The notes below the pieces were generated by a model. That model ran no database searches, had not been told where the DNA came from, and saw only the letters and a list, made by a program, of their open reading frames with translations. Positions 55,373 to 64,000 of a stretch of DNA of 64,000 nt are shown one piece after another. The DNA is from Candidatus Zixiibacteriota bacterium (lineage in GTDB: Bacteria > Zixibacteria > MSB-5A5 > GN15 > FEB-12). A program made the translations under genes and the position numbers. Numbering within the stretch: the stretch's first letter is position 1; every line of letters starts with the position of its first letter. The stretch covers positions 142,568 through 206,567 of the forward strand of contig JAVEYB010000002.1 in assembly GCA_034003725.1 (NCBI GenBank). Reading direction: 5' to 3'.

Positions 55373-58300
55373 TTGTCGGATATATGGTATCGTGAATCAG
55401 ACACATGGTATAAAGTCATACCCGTCGAGGATCTCGGGACGGTATACCAGGTGATTCTGGGGCAGATTCAGCACGAATCATCACCTGCATCTCCCGCTAT
55501 GTCTGCTTCCCGGGAGGCTTCAACGGCAATCAGTCGGCCGTGCGAGTCAGAGATTCGTCGGCCCGCAGGGGTACAGACATTGGCGGTAGAGCACCAGCAT
55601 TCCGAGCAATCGCGCTCCGGTGAGCTTCCGGCAGTGGGGGAGACGGTATCTCATTACCGGTTGTTGCAGCCGCTGGAAGATGACTACGAGCAGGCGGCGT
55701 TCATGGCGGAAGATCTGGAATTGAACCGCCGCGTGTGTCTCAGATTCCTCCCGTCACCACACTGGCAGAATCCCGACCGGGTTGAACAATTTCGACAGGA
55801 TGTACGAAAGACAGGTTCGGTTCGCAGTCCGCACATTGTGGCGGTCCACGAACTGGCGATCGTTGATTCAAGGCCGTTTGCGGTTTTTGAGTGTGTGTCC
55901 GGATTTACGCTTGCCGATTTGGTTGCGGACGCGCGCCGGCATCCAATAGTGGAGTTGGGGGATATCCTGATGCAGGCCGGGCGCGGGCTTCAGACCGCAC
56001 ACGATATCGGCGTAGCCCACCTCCAGTTGCGACCGTCCAATGTGGGGCTGGATCCGCAGCACCGGGCAATCCTGACGGGGTTCGCGTTTGGCGGACCGTT
56101 CGACGGGGTGTTTGATGATCGCGGGGGCAGCTCGCGGGCCTACGAATATGCCGCTCCGGAGCAGTTGGAGGGGGGGCGGCAGGACTATCGCAGCGACATT
56201 TTCGCGCTCGGCGTCATCATGTACGAGACGCTGACCGGGACACATCCGTTTCGTTCGGAGTCGCGACGCGCCACGGTGCGGGCGATCCTCGAGAACGATC
56301 CGGTCCCGGTGACGGACCTTCGTGCGGGACTCCCGGAGCAGGTCGGCGATGTTGTTGCGCGGGCGCTCGAGAAGAGACCCGAGGAGCGGTTCCAGAGGGT
56401 GGATCATCTGCTGAACGCGTTTTCTCACGCGCTTGCGGAAGTTCGTCTGGAGGATTCCCGGGAATTTCTGATAAACGTAATCAACGGGCTGGACGACCCG
56501 GTGTTCGTGAAGGACGAAAACCACCGCTGGGTGATTCTCAACGACGTCATGTGCGAGCTGATGGGCCGTCCCCGTGAGGAGCTAATCGGGAAAAGCGATT
56601 ACGAGATCTTTCCGCGCGAGCAGGCGGACGTGTTCTGGGCGTACGACGCGCTGGTGCTTCGCACCGGCAAAACCAGCGTCAACGAGGAAGAAATCACGTT
56701 CAAGGGCGTCACGCGCACGATCTCCACCAAGAAGTCCATCCTTCGGGAGCCCGAGTCCGGGCGCCGGTTCATTGTCGGGACGATCAGGGACATCACTGAT
56801 CAGAAGGAGCTGGCCCGCGAGTTGGAGGAGCGACACCGGAGGTACGAGCTGGCGGCGCGAGGGGGGAACGTCGGTGTATGGGACTGGGATCTTCAGACGG
56901 ACCACCTGTTTGTCGATCCGCACATCAAGAGCCTGCTGGGGTTCGCGGACGAGGAGATTTCGAACACCCTGGATGCCTGGCTGAACCATGTTCATCCGGA
57001 TGACCGAAGCTCCCTGGTGACGTCGGTGCGTCGATATCTCAAAGGGGATGCGGACCAGTATGAGGTTGAGCACCGGATGCATCATCGGGACGGCAGTCTT
57101 CGTTGGATCCTCATGCGCGGGGCGATCGTACGGGACGAGCACGGCGATGCGGTCCGGATGATCGGAACGCAGAGTGACGTGACTCGTTTCAAGCAGGCGG
57201 AGAACGCACTGCGCGAGAGCGAAGAGAAGTACCGGAGCGTGGTCGAGCGGGCGAGCGACGGCATCTGTATCGTGCACGAGAACCGGATAGTCTACGCCAA
57301 TCGTCGTCTGGCCGATATGGTGGGGCTGGACGAGCGCGAGTTGATTGGCACGCACTATACGGAGTATATCCATTCCAGCGAGATATCAAAGGTTGCGCAG
57401 ATGTATGCGGCGCGGATGGCGGGCAAGGACGTGCCGCAGCAGTACGAAACGGTCCTGGTGACGGTGGCGGGCGAGAGTCTGCATGTGGAGTTCAACTCGG
57501 CGGCGATACCGTACGAAGGGCGGCGCGCCGTGCTGGCGATTATTCGGGACATCACAGAACGTCGCAAAGCCGACGCGGCGTTGAGGGAAAGCGAGCGGAC
57601 GGCCCGTGCGCTCATTAACGCGCCGACCGACGACGTGGTTGTGCTGCTCACGACCGAGGGGCACATCATCGACTCCAACGAACAACTGGCGCGTCGTTTC
57701 GGAATGACGATAAGCGAGATTATGGGCAAGAGTGCATGGGAGTTGTTTCCCTCGGACGTCAGCCGCTTCCGACTGGACCAGCTCCAGAAAGTGGTTGAGT
57801 CGCGCAAGCCGGTGCGATTCGAGGACGAGAGTCACGGGCGGTGGTTCGACCATATTCTGTATCCTGTGCTGGACCGCCGGGGCGAGGTAGGCAAGATAGC
57901 CGTGATTGCTCGTGACGTTACGGAGAGCCGGCTCGCGCACCGGGCGCTGCGAGAGAGCGAACAGTCCCTCGAGGAGGCGCAGCGTATTGCGCACGTCGGG
58001 AGCTGGCGACTACCGGTAGGCGGCGACGCGGCGACCTGTACGGACGAGGTATATCGGATAGTGGGTATCGAACCGGGATCGGTTCCGCCGTCGCTCAGCG
58101 CTTTCCTGACGTTCGTGCATCCCGACGATCGGGACCAGGTGGAGTCCGCGATTCGCCAATCGATGCAATCAGGACAGCGGTACGATCTGCGACACCGCGT
58201 GGTACGGCCTGACGGTTCTACCCGATTCCTGCATGGGCGGGCGGAGGTGCGGATAGATGATGACGGCCGGCCGGTGGAGCTGATCGGTACGATGCATGAC

Positions 58301-59911
58301 ATCACGGATCTTGTCCGAGCTGAACAGGCTCTTCGCATTCGGGAGGCGGAGTATCGGGCAGTGGTAGAGATGCAAACGGAGTTCATCTGCCGTTTGCGAC
58401 CGGACGGAGTGCTGACATTCGTCAATGACGCATTTTGCCGGCAGTTCAATCGCACGCGCGAAGAGCTTATAGGTACCGACCTGACAGACCTGTTTCCGGC
58501 GGAGGAACGCGCCGCCATACGGGACGGGCTGACACGGTGCGGTTCGGAGGCTCACGGTGTTTCACAGGAGCGGCGGATTGTTCTGCCCGGGGGGGAGGTC
58601 CGATGGCAGTTGTGGAACGACCGGGCCGTTCTGGACGAGGCCGGGGCCGTGGTCGGATATCAATCGGTGGGGCGTGATGTGACCAAGCGGCGGGAGGCCG
58701 AGGATGCGCTGCGCGAGAGCGAAGAGCGGTTCAGGACGCTCACCGAGCTGTCACCGGACGGGATTTTCGTAATTGCCGACAGGCGGATCGTGTTCGCCAA
58801 CCGGGCTGCTGTGCATTTTGTCGGGGCGGAAGCCGCTGAAGATCTGGCAAACCTGGATCCGCTCGATCTCGTCCACCCGGACTTTCAGGCGGACCTGCTC
58901 ACGCGTTTTGACGACCTGGTGGCCGATCGCATAACTGCGCATGCGATAGAGGGGACGCTCGTGCGACGGGATGGGCAACAGGTAATGGCCGAAGTAATTG
59001 CCGCCCCACTGACCTACAAGGGGCGTCCTGCTGTTCAGATGGTGGTGCGCGATATCACCGAACGAAAGCGTGCTGACGAGGTGTTACGGGAATCGGAGGA
59101 GAAATACCGACTGCTGGTCGAAAACCAAACGGACCTGGTGGTGAGGGTCGACACGGAAGGTCGGTTCACGTTTGTGAGTCCGTCCTATTGCCGGACGTTT
59201 GGCATGGCCGCCGAGGACCTTGTCGGGACGACATTCTGGCCGCTTGTGCATGCCGATCATCATGAGGCGACTCGAAGGGCCATGGAGGATCTGTACCGGC
59301 CACCATACGAATGCTATGTCGAGCAGTTGGCCAGGACGAAGGAGGGCTGGCGCTGGTTCGCGTGGGCAGACAAGGCGATTCTGGACCGCGAGCATCGGGT
59401 CACCGCGATCGTGGCTGTGGGGCGCGATATTACCGAACGAAAGGAAGCGGAGGCGTTACTTCGCAAGACGACAGACGAACTCGAAACTGAACGCGCCGCT
59501 CTTCTCGAGAAGAACATTACTCTGAAACAGGTACTCGAACATATTGAGATGGAGCGAAAGGATTTTCGGACGCAGACGTTTAAGGCGTTGGAGGATACGA
59601 TTGAACCGGTTCTTCAGAGGTTGCGCGAGATATCGGATAGCCGGGGAGCAGTGGAGATCGACCGTTTAGAGAGAAATGTTAAGGCCATAATAAATAAGGA
59701 CATAGACGAGTTTAAGGCACGATTTGCACGTTTGACCGCCCGGGAATCGGAGATATGTGGCATGATTAAGCGGGGATTGTCATCGAAGGAGATTTCAGAG
59801 AGTCTGAACCTGTCGTTGTTGACCGTCCACAAGCATCGTGAGCGCATTCGCCGCAAGTTGGAAATCACATCGAAAGATGTCGACCTAAGTACCTTCCTAA
59901 AGCTCCACTAG
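55373..59911 (+). CDS. Hanks-type pseudokinase domain + eight PAS domains + coiled coil + LuxR-type HTH
   Basis: A kinase-like fold is present (APE, DIFALGVIMYETLTG) but VAIK is VCLR, HRD is HLQ and DFG is GFA. Eight PAS blocks. C-terminal TARESEICGMIKRGLSSKEISESLNLSLLTVHKHRERIRRKL. The start is uncertain (TTG 55373 abuts the terminator; ATG 55499 is an alternative). Confidence 0.85.
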   Translation: MSDIWYRESDTWYKVIPVEDLGTVYQVILGQIQHESSPASPAMSASREASTAISRPCESEIRRPAGVQTLAVEHQHSEQSRSGELPAVGETVSHYRLLQPLEDDYEQAAFMAEDLELNRRVCLRFLPSPHWQNPDRVEQFRQDVRKTGSVRSPHIVAVHELAIVDSRPFAVFECVSGFTLADLVADARRHPIVELGDILMQAGRGLQTAHDIGVAHLQLRPSNVGLDPQHRAILTGFAFGGPFDGVFDDRGGSSRAYEYAAPEQLEGGRQDYRSDIFALGVIMYETLTGTHPFRSESRRATVRAILENDPVPVTDLRAGLPEQVGDVVARALEKRPEERFQRVDHLLNAFSHALAEVRLEDSREFLINVINGLDDPVFVKDENHRWVILNDVMCELMGRPREELIGKSDYEIFPREQADVFWAYDALVLRTGKTSVNEEEITFKGVTRTISTKKSILREPESGRRFIVGTIRDITDQKELARELEERHRRYELAARGGNVGVWDWDLQTDHLFVDPHIKSLLGFADEEISNTLDAWLNHVHPDDRSSLVTSVRRYLKGDADQYEVEHRMHHRDGSLRWILMRGAIVRDEHGDAVRMIGTQSDVTRFKQAENALRESEEKYRSVVERASDGICIVHENRIVYANRRLADMVGLDERELIGTHYTEYIHSSEISKVAQMYAARMAGKDVPQQYETVLVTVAGESLHVEFNSAAIPYEGRRAVLAIIRDITERRKADAALRESERTARALINAPTDDVVVLLTTEGHIIDSNEQLARRFGMTISEIMGKSAWELFPSDVSRFRLDQLQKVVESRKPVRFEDESHGRWFDHILYPVLDRRGEVGKIAVIARDVTESRLAHRALRESEQSLEEAQRIAHVGSWRLPVGGDAATCTDEVYRIVGIEPGSVPPSLSAFLTFVHPDDRDQVESAIRQSMQSGQRYDLRHRVVRPDGSTRFLHGRAEVRIDDDGRPVELIGTMHDITDLVRAEQALRIREAEYRAVVEMQTEFICRLRPDGVLTFVNDAFCRQFNRTREELIGTDLTDLFPAEERAAIRDGLTRCGSEAHGVSQERRIVLPGGEVRWQLWNDRAVLDEAGAVVGYQSVGRDVTKRREAEDALRESEERFRTLTELSPDGIFVIADRRIVFANRAAVHFVGAEAAEDLANLDPLDLVHPDFQADLLTRFDDLVADRITAHAIEGTLVRRDGQQVMAEVIAAPLTYKGRPAVQMVVRDITERKRADEVLRESEEKYRLLVENQTDLVVRVDTEGRFTFVSPSYCRTFGMAAEDLVGTTFWPLVHADHHEATRRAMEDLYRPPYECYVEQLARTKEGWRWFAWADKAILDREHRVTAIVAVGRDITERKEAEALLRKTTDELETERAALLEKNITLKQVLEHIEMERKDFRTQTFKALEDTIEPVLQRLREISDSRGAVEIDRLERNVKAIINKDIDEFKARFARLTARESEICGMIKRGLSSKEISESLNLSLLTVHKHRERIRRKLEITSKDVDLSTFLKLH

Positions 59912-59984
59912 TATACGTATTGATATACGTAATATAGTCGCATTGACTGTGACTCTCAAATCGGTTTGATTGGTATCAAGATGT

Positions 59985-60206
59985 GGGGGCGAATCGGCAC
60001 CGCGTACTTCGCTCGACAGCATCGCCCCCGAAAAGCACCTGTCGGGTGCATGCCCCGTATTCCCGGCAGGTACATAAAGGCATGTTCGTATGACAGCATG
60101 CCTGTCCGGATCACTGATCCGGATGCCCCCTATGCCCCTACGTCAAGGCAGCCCTGGTGGTGGATGTGCCCCCGATACCGCAGGGCTCCTTGACGAGTTT
60201 TTTTTT
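59985..60206 (+). ncRNA. Candidate structured small RNA or structured 3' region (five stem-loops plus a T9 tract)
   Basis: Stems: 59985-92/60022-29, 60035-39/60045-49, 60078-84/60097-60103, 60105-12/60116-23, and 60145-56/60181-91. T9 follows at 60198-60206. The only ORF here (59966-60193) looks non-coding. Confidence 0.3.
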
Positions 60207-60309
60207 ACCGCTTAAGGCCACCCTCTTCCTCTTGTTGCACTTGACCTCCTAAGCGATTATGCGCCAAACAGCTTGAGTTCGATTTCGGGTTGATTCAGGC
60301 GGGATTGTA

Positions 60310-60337
60310 TTGACACCACAACATGGATAGTTATATC
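60310..60337 (+). promoter_or_regulatory. Sigma70-like promoter for the histidine kinase operon
   Basis: TTGACA (60310-60315), 16-nt spacer, TATATC (60332-60337), ~40 nt upstream of ATG 60375. Confidence 0.5.
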
Positions 60338-60374
60338 TTTTAATCCAGAATTCTTCGACTGGTGACTTGATTCA

Positions 60375-62120
60375 ATGCTGCTGCCCCATGGTCGGCTTCG
60401 CTTGCCGGTAACCAGCGGCGGGATGGCCAAAACGGTGTTTATGAGAAAGAGGACGGTTATTCTACCGGAATTCCTGCCGTTTGACGGGCAGCATTACCGG
60501 GAGTTGAGACGCAGAATCACCGTCCGTTTACTCCTGTTATATCTCGGGCCGGTTGTTCTACTGGCTGCATATTTTTATTTTCAGTATGATGCCATAGTAT
60601 CGGAGAGCAATCGCCTTCATCTGCAAGCGATAGCCGAGAGCCAGGCCAAGACGCTGGATCTGTTTTTGTCGGAACGACTGGTGAATCTGTCGAACGTGGT
60701 AGATGATCCGCGCCTGGTTTTCCCTCCGACCTCAGAGTCGATGGAGGGGAATCTTCTAAAGCTGAAGCGGTACAGCGACGCGTTCGTTGATTTCGGTTAT
60801 TTTGAATCGAGCGGTATCCAGTCGGCGTATGCGGGCCCGTACCCGTCGCTCGAAATGCGCAATTATCGGTCTGAGCCGTGGTACCAGACATTACACGATA
60901 CGGACACCGGTTTTGTCATTACCGACATTTATCTTGGATTTCGCAATCGGCCGCATTTCACGATGGCGGTGAGTCGGGTGGTCGGGGGGCAGTTTGTCGC
61001 TTATCGGGCGACGCTTGATCCTGAGCGGATATACGAGTATATCAGTTCATTTGGCGATGGCCAGGACGTGTTTACGTCGATTGTCAATGCGGCGGGAGAT
61101 TTCCAGCTTGTCGCACCGAGGATTGGCTCACCGCTGCAGCCAAGCGGAGTCACGCCGCCCCGGCTTCCTGCGCTGGGATTCCTGCGCACCGATTTGGGCG
61201 GAGCGACGAAGCCCCTGGCGTATTCCTGGCTTCGCAGCGCGGACTGGGCGCTGCTGGTGCAGGATGTGACGGATGAAACGGATGGCCTTCTGGCGGGGTA
61301 CCGGCTTCGGATTATCGGTATCGCCGCGGGCATGATCCTGGTGGGCTTTTTTATCATCGTCATCCGCGCCCGTCGGCAGGTCGACCTGCAGATGGAGAGC
61401 GACCGGACACGCGCCCAGCTCGAGCATGCGGCCAAGCTGGCGTCGGTCGGTGAGCTCGCGGCCGGGATCGCCCATGAGATAAACAACCCGCTGGCATCGA
61501 TCAACGAAGAGGCCGGTCTGGTACTGGACCTGTCAGATCCATCGTACGGCCAATCGATGTCTGCGGATGAACAGCGGGAACACCTGAAGTCAATACAGGA
61601 GCTCGTGTTTCGGTGTCGCGATATCACCCACAAGCTGCTCGGGTTCGTTCGCAAGTCGGACATGGACCTTCGGCAGCACAACATTCACACGCTCATCGAC
61701 GGAGTAATTGACGGCTTGCTGGGGCCGGAGGTTGCGGTGTCGAATGTGGAGATCCGGCGGCGGTATACTTCGGACAGCACCGTGATAATGACGGACGGCA
61801 ACCAGTTGCAGCAGGTGGTGTTGAATATCGTTAATAACGGTATCGATGCCACGGGGGGGCGTGGCGGCGTAATCGACATTGCGACCCAGGTGGTGGGGAG
61901 ACGTCTGTTCATATCAATTGCGGACAACGGCAAAGGCATATCGCCGGAGCAGATGGAGAAGATCTTCGTCCCGTTCTATACGACGAAGGACGTGGGGAAG
62001 GGTACGGGACTGGGGTTGTCGGTGAGCTACGGAATAATCAAGAATCTGGGGGGAGAGATTCAGGTGGAAAGTCAGCCCGGTCGGGGAAGCACGTTCACGG
62101 TGGTGCTGCCCCTTCGATAG
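60375..62120 (+). CDS. Membrane sensor histidine kinase with a periplasmic Cache-like domain
   Basis: Two TM helices flank a ~230-aa external domain. H-box ELAAGIAHEINNPLASI, plus N/G boxes ..NIVNNGIDA.. and ..GKGTGLGLSVSYGI... The start could be 60423 or 60441. Confidence 0.85.
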   Translation: MLLPHGRLRLPVTSGGMAKTVFMRKRTVILPEFLPFDGQHYRELRRRITVRLLLLYLGPVVLLAAYFYFQYDAIVSESNRLHLQAIAESQAKTLDLFLSERLVNLSNVVDDPRLVFPPTSESMEGNLLKLKRYSDAFVDFGYFESSGIQSAYAGPYPSLEMRNYRSEPWYQTLHDTDTGFVITDIYLGFRNRPHFTMAVSRVVGGQFVAYRATLDPERIYEYISSFGDGQDVFTSIVNAAGDFQLVAPRIGSPLQPSGVTPPRLPALGFLRTDLGGATKPLAYSWLRSADWALLVQDVTDETDGLLAGYRLRIIGIAAGMILVGFFIIVIRARRQVDLQMESDRTRAQLEHAAKLASVGELAAGIAHEINNPLASINEEAGLVLDLSDPSYGQSMSADEQREHLKSIQELVFRCRDITHKLLGFVRKSDMDLRQHNIHTLIDGVIDGLLGPEVAVSNVEIRRRYTSDSTVIMTDGNQLQQVVLNIVNNGIDATGGRGGVIDIATQVVGRRLFISIADNGKGISPEQMEKIFVPFYTTKDVGKGTGLGLSVSYGIIKNLGGEIQVESQPGRGSTFTVVLPLR

Positions 62121-62205
62121 CAGGACGGAAGCTGTGATTCGTATCGTTAACAGCAGATAGTCAGAGAACGGCTCAGGCACGAGACACATACAGGGATGCG
62201 GCAGT

Positions 62206-62757
62206 ATGAACAAGACGATAGTGCGCGAACTCATGGTACCGCTCGACGACTATGCGGTGGTCCCCGACACTGCCACGCTTCTTGATGCGGTGAAGGCTCT
62301 GGATCGGGCACAAGAGCGCCTTCCGGCGGGTCGTCAGCCGCACCGTGCGGTGCTGGTGGCGGATGCGTCGGGAGCTATCGTGGGCAAGATCGGGCAGCTG
62401 GGTTTCCTCAAGGGTCTCGAGCCCAAGTACAACATGCTGGGTGATCTGGACACGCTGGCGCGGGCCGGGGTGAGCGACACTCTCGTGTCGACCATGCGGG
62501 ATCACTTTCGGTATTTCGAAGACACGTTCAGCGACATATGTCAGCGGGGGGCGGTTATTCCGGTGCGTGAGGTGATGCACGCAGTTCGGGAGGGTATAGA
62601 CGAGAGCGCCACGCTCAGCGAGGCGCTGCACCAGTTAGTCATGTGGCAGCAGTTGTCGCTGCTGGTGACGCGGGGTGGTCGGGTCACGGGGTTAATTCGA
62701 CTGTCGGACCTCTTCGATGAGGTTGCCCGGCAGATGAAGGCGCAATCCCGCGCATGA
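62206..62757 (+). CDS. CBS-pair domain protein
   Basis: Two CBS motifs (..VRELMVPLDDYAVVPDTATLLDAVKAL.. and ..VREVMHAVREGIDESATLSEALHQLV..LLVTRGGRVTGLIRLSDL). Confidence 0.85.
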   Translation: MNKTIVRELMVPLDDYAVVPDTATLLDAVKALDRAQERLPAGRQPHRAVLVADASGAIVGKIGQLGFLKGLEPKYNMLGDLDTLARAGVSDTLVSTMRDHFRYFEDTFSDICQRGAVIPVREVMHAVREGIDESATLSEALHQLVMWQQLSLLVTRGGRVTGLIRLSDLFDEVARQMKAQSRA

Positions 62758-62781
62758 CGACGGTACACCTGGGAGAATGCT

Positions 62782-64000
62782 ATGGCGAAAGTACTTTTGG
62801 TAGACGACGAGGAGAAGTTCCGCACGTCGCTTGCCCGCCGCATGAACCTTCGGGGGTATGAGACCTCGGAAGTTGATAACGGAGAGGACGCCGTCAAGCG
62901 CATTCGTGCGGACGGCGATATCGACGTCGTTTTGCTTGACCGGACGATGCCGGGGATGAGCGGTGAACAAGCGCTCAAGGAGATGAAGAGTTTCCGTCCG
63001 GAGCTGCAGGTAATCATCCTGACCGGTCAGTCGACGCTGGAATCGGCGATGGAAACGGGTCGGCTGGAGGCCTACTCGTACCTTCGCAAGCCTTACGACC
63101 TCGACGATCTGCTCAAGATGGTCGACCGCGCGCGGGAAGACAAGGTGCATGCGATGGCGCGCCACGAGATCGTGCATGTAGAGAAGGGGTCGTTCTGGAA
63201 ATGGCTGGTGGGTTCGCACAATTCCCGCCCGCTGATAATCGGTCTGGGTATTGTGCTGTTCTGCGCGATCACGTTCATGCCGACGCCGGATCGGATGCTG
63301 GCGTTGTTGTCGGCGCCCAAGACTGGAGAGATGACCGACGCCAATTTCGGATATGCCAGCTACCGTTCGATGACGGAGGGGCAGACTATAGCCGATGCGT
63401 ACAGCAAGGAGGGAAAAGTCGCGAAGGTGTCGTACGAGGCCGACGGCAAAAGAGTATCGGTGCCTCTGACGCCGGAGGAGACGGCAACCAAGGCAAAGAT
63501 CATGCTTGCGGTGCTGGTGGTGGCGGCGCTGTTCTGGGCGAGCGGAGCGGTGCCGGTCGGGATATCGGCGCTCATCGTGGCATTAGCCATGTACTTCGGC
63601 GGAGTCATGCCTCCCGACTACATCGCGCAATCGTTTGCGAAGGATTCGGTGATATTCATTTTCGGTGTGCTGGCAATCTCATCGGCGATCAGCAAGACCG
63701 GCCTGGATCGACGGATCGGGCTCTTGATGCTTGGTCCGGCCAGAAACCTGCCCAAGTTACTGTTTCTCTTTTTGCCGCTGCTTGGGATGGCCTGCTCATT
63801 CGTGTCGGAGCATGCGCTGATTGCATTCCTGATGCCCCTGTTCATGGTGGTGTACACGACGGCGGTCAAAACGGCGGGGATCCGAAAGGACCGGGCACTG
63901 GCGGTCATGTTCGTGCTTTCGATGACGTATGTCGCGAACTCGGGAGGTCCCGGTTCGCCGGCTGCGGGAGGCCGCAACGCGGTGATGATGAGTATCCTGG
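62782..64000 (+). CDS. Response-regulator receiver domain fused to an SLC13/DASS-type anion permease (partial, runs off the window)
   Basis: Translated by hand; it is not in the ORF track because there is no stop in the window. MAKVLLVDDEE..VVLLDRTMPGMSG..IILTGQS..LRKPYD is an intact REC domain. TM helices follow, then ..VANSGGPGSPAAGGRNAVM.., a DASS-like hairpin motif. Confidence 0.85.
   Translation, partial: MAKVLLVDDEEKFRTSLARRMNLRGYETSEVDNGEDAVKRIRADGDIDVVLLDRTMPGMSGEQALKEMKSFRPELQVIILTGQSTLESAMETGRLEAYSYLRKPYDLDDLLKMVDRAREDKVHAMARHEIVHVEKGSFWKWLVGSHNSRPLIIGLGIVLFCAITFMPTPDRMLALLSAPKTGEMTDANFGYASYRSMTEGQTIADAYSKEGKVAKVSYEADGKRVSVPLTPEETATKAKIMLAVLVVAALFWASGAVPVGISALIVALAMYFGGVMPPDYIAQSFAKDSVIFIFGVLAISSAISKTGLDRRIGLLMLGPARNLPKLLFLFLPLLGMACSFVSEHALIAFLMPLFMVVYTTAVKTAGIRKDRALAVMFVLSMTYVANSGGPGSPAAGGRNAVMMSIL

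Noticed and set aside
59966-60193. 75-aa + strand ORF
   Set aside because: It is Arg/Pro/Trp/Cys-rich, has no SD, and coincides with a run of stem-loops. It is treated as candidate RNA structure instead.
1-64000. Mobile element, prophage or genomic island boundaries
   Set aside because: I saw no integrase, transposase, tRNA target, or long inverted or direct terminal repeats anywhere in the window. The protease island looks like native chromosomal content.

Overview
GC-rich chromosomal segment, apparently from an uncultivated Gram-negative bacterium. One protein carries a T9SS-type C-terminal sorting domain, which suggests an FCB-superphylum-like lineage; taxonomy is not provable from here. 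All domain calls were made by eye from the translated ORFs, with no searches run. I found no rRNA, tRNA, CRISPR array, transposase or integrase. Layout: (1) 1-8.3 kb housekeeping genes (coaE, fused transketolase, aminotransferase) plus a murein-peptide recycling trio. (2) 8.4-14.3 kb: a secreted dockerin-tailed protein, an SPFH/zinc-ribbon pair, a pilin-like protein and a lipoprotein. (3) 14.3-20.7 kb: an unusually long structured non-coding leader followed by the imuA-imuB-dnaE2 mutasome cassette. (4) 20.8-24.5 kb: a thioesterase and a DsrE/YedF-like + ABC-2 exporter operon. (5) 24.7-55.3 kb: an extracellular proteolysis island. It holds two gingipain-like C25 peptidases, a 1347-aa protein made of four papain/C39-like repeats, a PPAD-like deiminase, a bilobed aspartic protease-PDZ and an S9 peptidase. 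It also holds a T9SS-tailed protein with two cohesin-like modules. Seven secreted proteins in the window end in the same cysteine-framed dockerin-like module. (6) 46.6-64 kb signalling genes: a PAS/GAF hybrid kinase, a pseudokinase-8xPAS-LuxR protein, and a histidine kinase / CBS protein / receiver-domain-fused SLC13-type transporter. The most interesting hypothesis is a cohesin-dockerin-organised, outer-membrane-anchored protease complex. The many long antisense ORFs in the track are GC-driven shadows.
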